64,000 bases of DNA from Okamejei kenojei (lineage: Eukaryota). The notes below the pieces were generated by a model. The model had not been told where the DNA came from, ran no database searches, and saw only the letters and a program-made list of their open reading frames with translations. The stretch lies in the NCBI GenBank assembly GCA_035221665.1, contig CM069164.1:18352001-18416000 (forward strand), written 5' to 3'. Every line of letters starts with the position of its first letter. Position 1 is the first letter of the stretch. Shown here piece after piece: positions 62,225 through 64,000 of the stretch. A program made the translations under genes and the position numbers.

Positions 62225-63315
62225 TACAGGCCATGTTTTGGGTTGGGACCCTTCTTCAGACTGGGGGAGAAGTTGGTAAAGAGGTGAGGGTAACTGGCAG
62301 ATGAGTGGAGTAGAGCAAGTGACAAAGGGCTACAGGCAAAAAGGAGACAAATGGGTATCAGATAAGGAAAGGAGTAGTGAAATGTAGTCAGAGAGGGATA
62401 TGGGTGGAAGGAACAGTGGGATGGAGAAAGAGCAGGGATAAAAAGCTAATATGGGACGGGAATAGAAGGGCAGAGGGGAAAGGAGTAGGGTAGCTGGGGT
62501 GGTGGGAGACAGTGTGTGTGGGACAGAGGACACAGATGGTGTATTACAAGAAATTAGAATTCAATGTTCATACCATTGGGTTGAAGGCTACCCCAAGCAG
62601 AAAGTGCTTGTTTCTACCATGGATTCTGCGGCCCCTCCTCTAAAACTAACCATACCGCTCCCGGTGCAGGGGAAACATGGGTTAGTGGAAGGGGGAGGAG
62701 GTCATGGGTAATTGTATGCTATCAGAGCAAATATATATGCTGTTCTCCCGGTAATGTGGCCACACTCAGGCAATGGACGCAGCCTGGAAGGTCGGTATCA
62801 CAATAGGAAGGGGAGTTAAAACGGTTAGCAACCTTAAGATGCAGCAGACCTTGGCGGACAGTGCAAATGTTTGATGAATGGTTGCCTAGTCTATCCTAGC
62901 TCTGCTAGTATAAAGGAGCTCACATCCGGAGCAGAGTGCGCAGTAGACATGGTTGGAGGTGGTGCACATGAACTTCTGTCTCACATGGAAGGGCAGCTGG
63001 GGTTCCTGGATGGAAGCGAGAGAGAGGAGTAGGGACAGGTGTCACAGGGGAAAGCCTGGGGAAGGGATTAACGAACCGCAGAGTTGTGGAGGGAGTGGTC
63101 TCTGTGGAAAGTCAAAAAGGTTGGGATGGAAAGATGTGAATGGCAGTGGGAATGGCACAGAATGTGGTGGGAGAAAGTGTTGGATGCGGAGACTGGTGGG
63201 GGTGAAAGGTCTATCCCTAGTTCGATCTTGGGGGGGGGGGGGGGGGAGACTGTGAGCGGGACTAGGTAGACACAGGTGAGGGATTCATCCACAATAGCAG
63301 GGGAGAAACCATAGG
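62225..63315 (-). mobile_element. Degraded Penelope-like element 3' part
   Basis: CCCTTCTTCAGACT hammerhead relic near 62248-62262; minus-strand text ASIQEPQLPFHVRQKFMCTTSN similar to the copies at 17820 and 58020. Confidence 0.75.
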
Positions 63316-64000
63316 GATGTCACAGGACAGCTTGAATTTCCTGTCCATCTTTAATTGACCCCAAACTGAGGAGGATCAACCAGGTAGCTGTATCTGGAAA
63401 CACTACTCCAGTGCCTTAACTGCTAGGTTACCATACCACACCATGGCAGCTTGCATCCGACCTCTACTCACATTTCCAGTGGATCTAATGACAGGCATCC
63501 ATGTCGACATGTTCTGCCACCCAATTCAACGACCAACTTACAGCACAGTGAATAATGGACTGGCTATTGACCAGCATTTGCCTTTCAATGTAATGCAATG
63601 TAAAGTCACACGGTTGAAGTTTGCATTCAAATTCCACACAAATCCTACTTACCCTTCAAGTCAACAATATATTAAGGTTACTAAACCAGTGCCTCATTCT
63701 CCACAGATTGACTGATAGCAGTCAGTAAAACAAATATGTTTGAAATGTCAAATAATCTGGAAATAGTTTATACCTCACTGCATAATTAGATTATGCAGGG
63801 AAACATTCTTCTTCTTCTTCTTATAGGAATATAATTTGAGGGAAACATGGGACAAAAAATAAATAAATAAGCAAGACATTAGAAATGCTGCTAGTTCCAA
63901 ATTACTCCTCAAAATACTGTTTGTGGGACTGAGAATTAGCCACATATGTTTACTTAATACAAGGCTAATTCTTGGGTCTACAATCAGTTTTAAAATAAAA

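Noticed and set aside
56087-64000. Possible PRTG exon 2 (Ig1) or promoter in the right-hand 8 kb
   Set aside because: No roughly 100-codon Ig-like frame, signal peptide exon or CpG island; the region is intron 2.

Overview
Eukaryotic, AT-rich vertebrate genomic DNA, very probably from a cartilaginous fish (skate or ray, judged from HE1-like V-SINEs, HER1/CR1-like LINEs, Deu-SINE relics and abundant Penelope-like remnants). The whole window lies inside one minus-strand gene, protogenin (PRTG; DCC/neogenin-like Ig-FN3 receptor). I mapped 17 consecutive coding exons, equivalent to human exons 3-19. All have GT-AG boundaries, and their phases join into one open frame (Ig2-Ig4, five FN3, TM helix, part of the cytoplasmic tail). 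Exons 1-2 lie beyond the right edge and the last exon beyond the left edge. Intron 11 is 28.5 kb. The introns hold tRNA-derived SINEs, a young 5'-truncated CR1 LINE with an intact RT domain, older CR1 and Rex1 fragments, three PIF/Harbinger-like MITEs, a hAT MITE and a nested Helitron-like composite. They also hold about a dozen Penelope-like termini carrying minimal hammerhead-ribozyme motifs. Most interesting: the hammerhead/Penelope units (one near-intact copy sense to the pre-mRNA), a candidate poison exon in intron 11, a regenerated donor at the start of the TM exon, apparent loss of a juxtamembrane dibasic motif, and a four-layer transposon nest. Exon numbers and human comparisons come from my recollection of human PRTG, not a database search. 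Repeat boundaries are approximate unless TSDs are cited.
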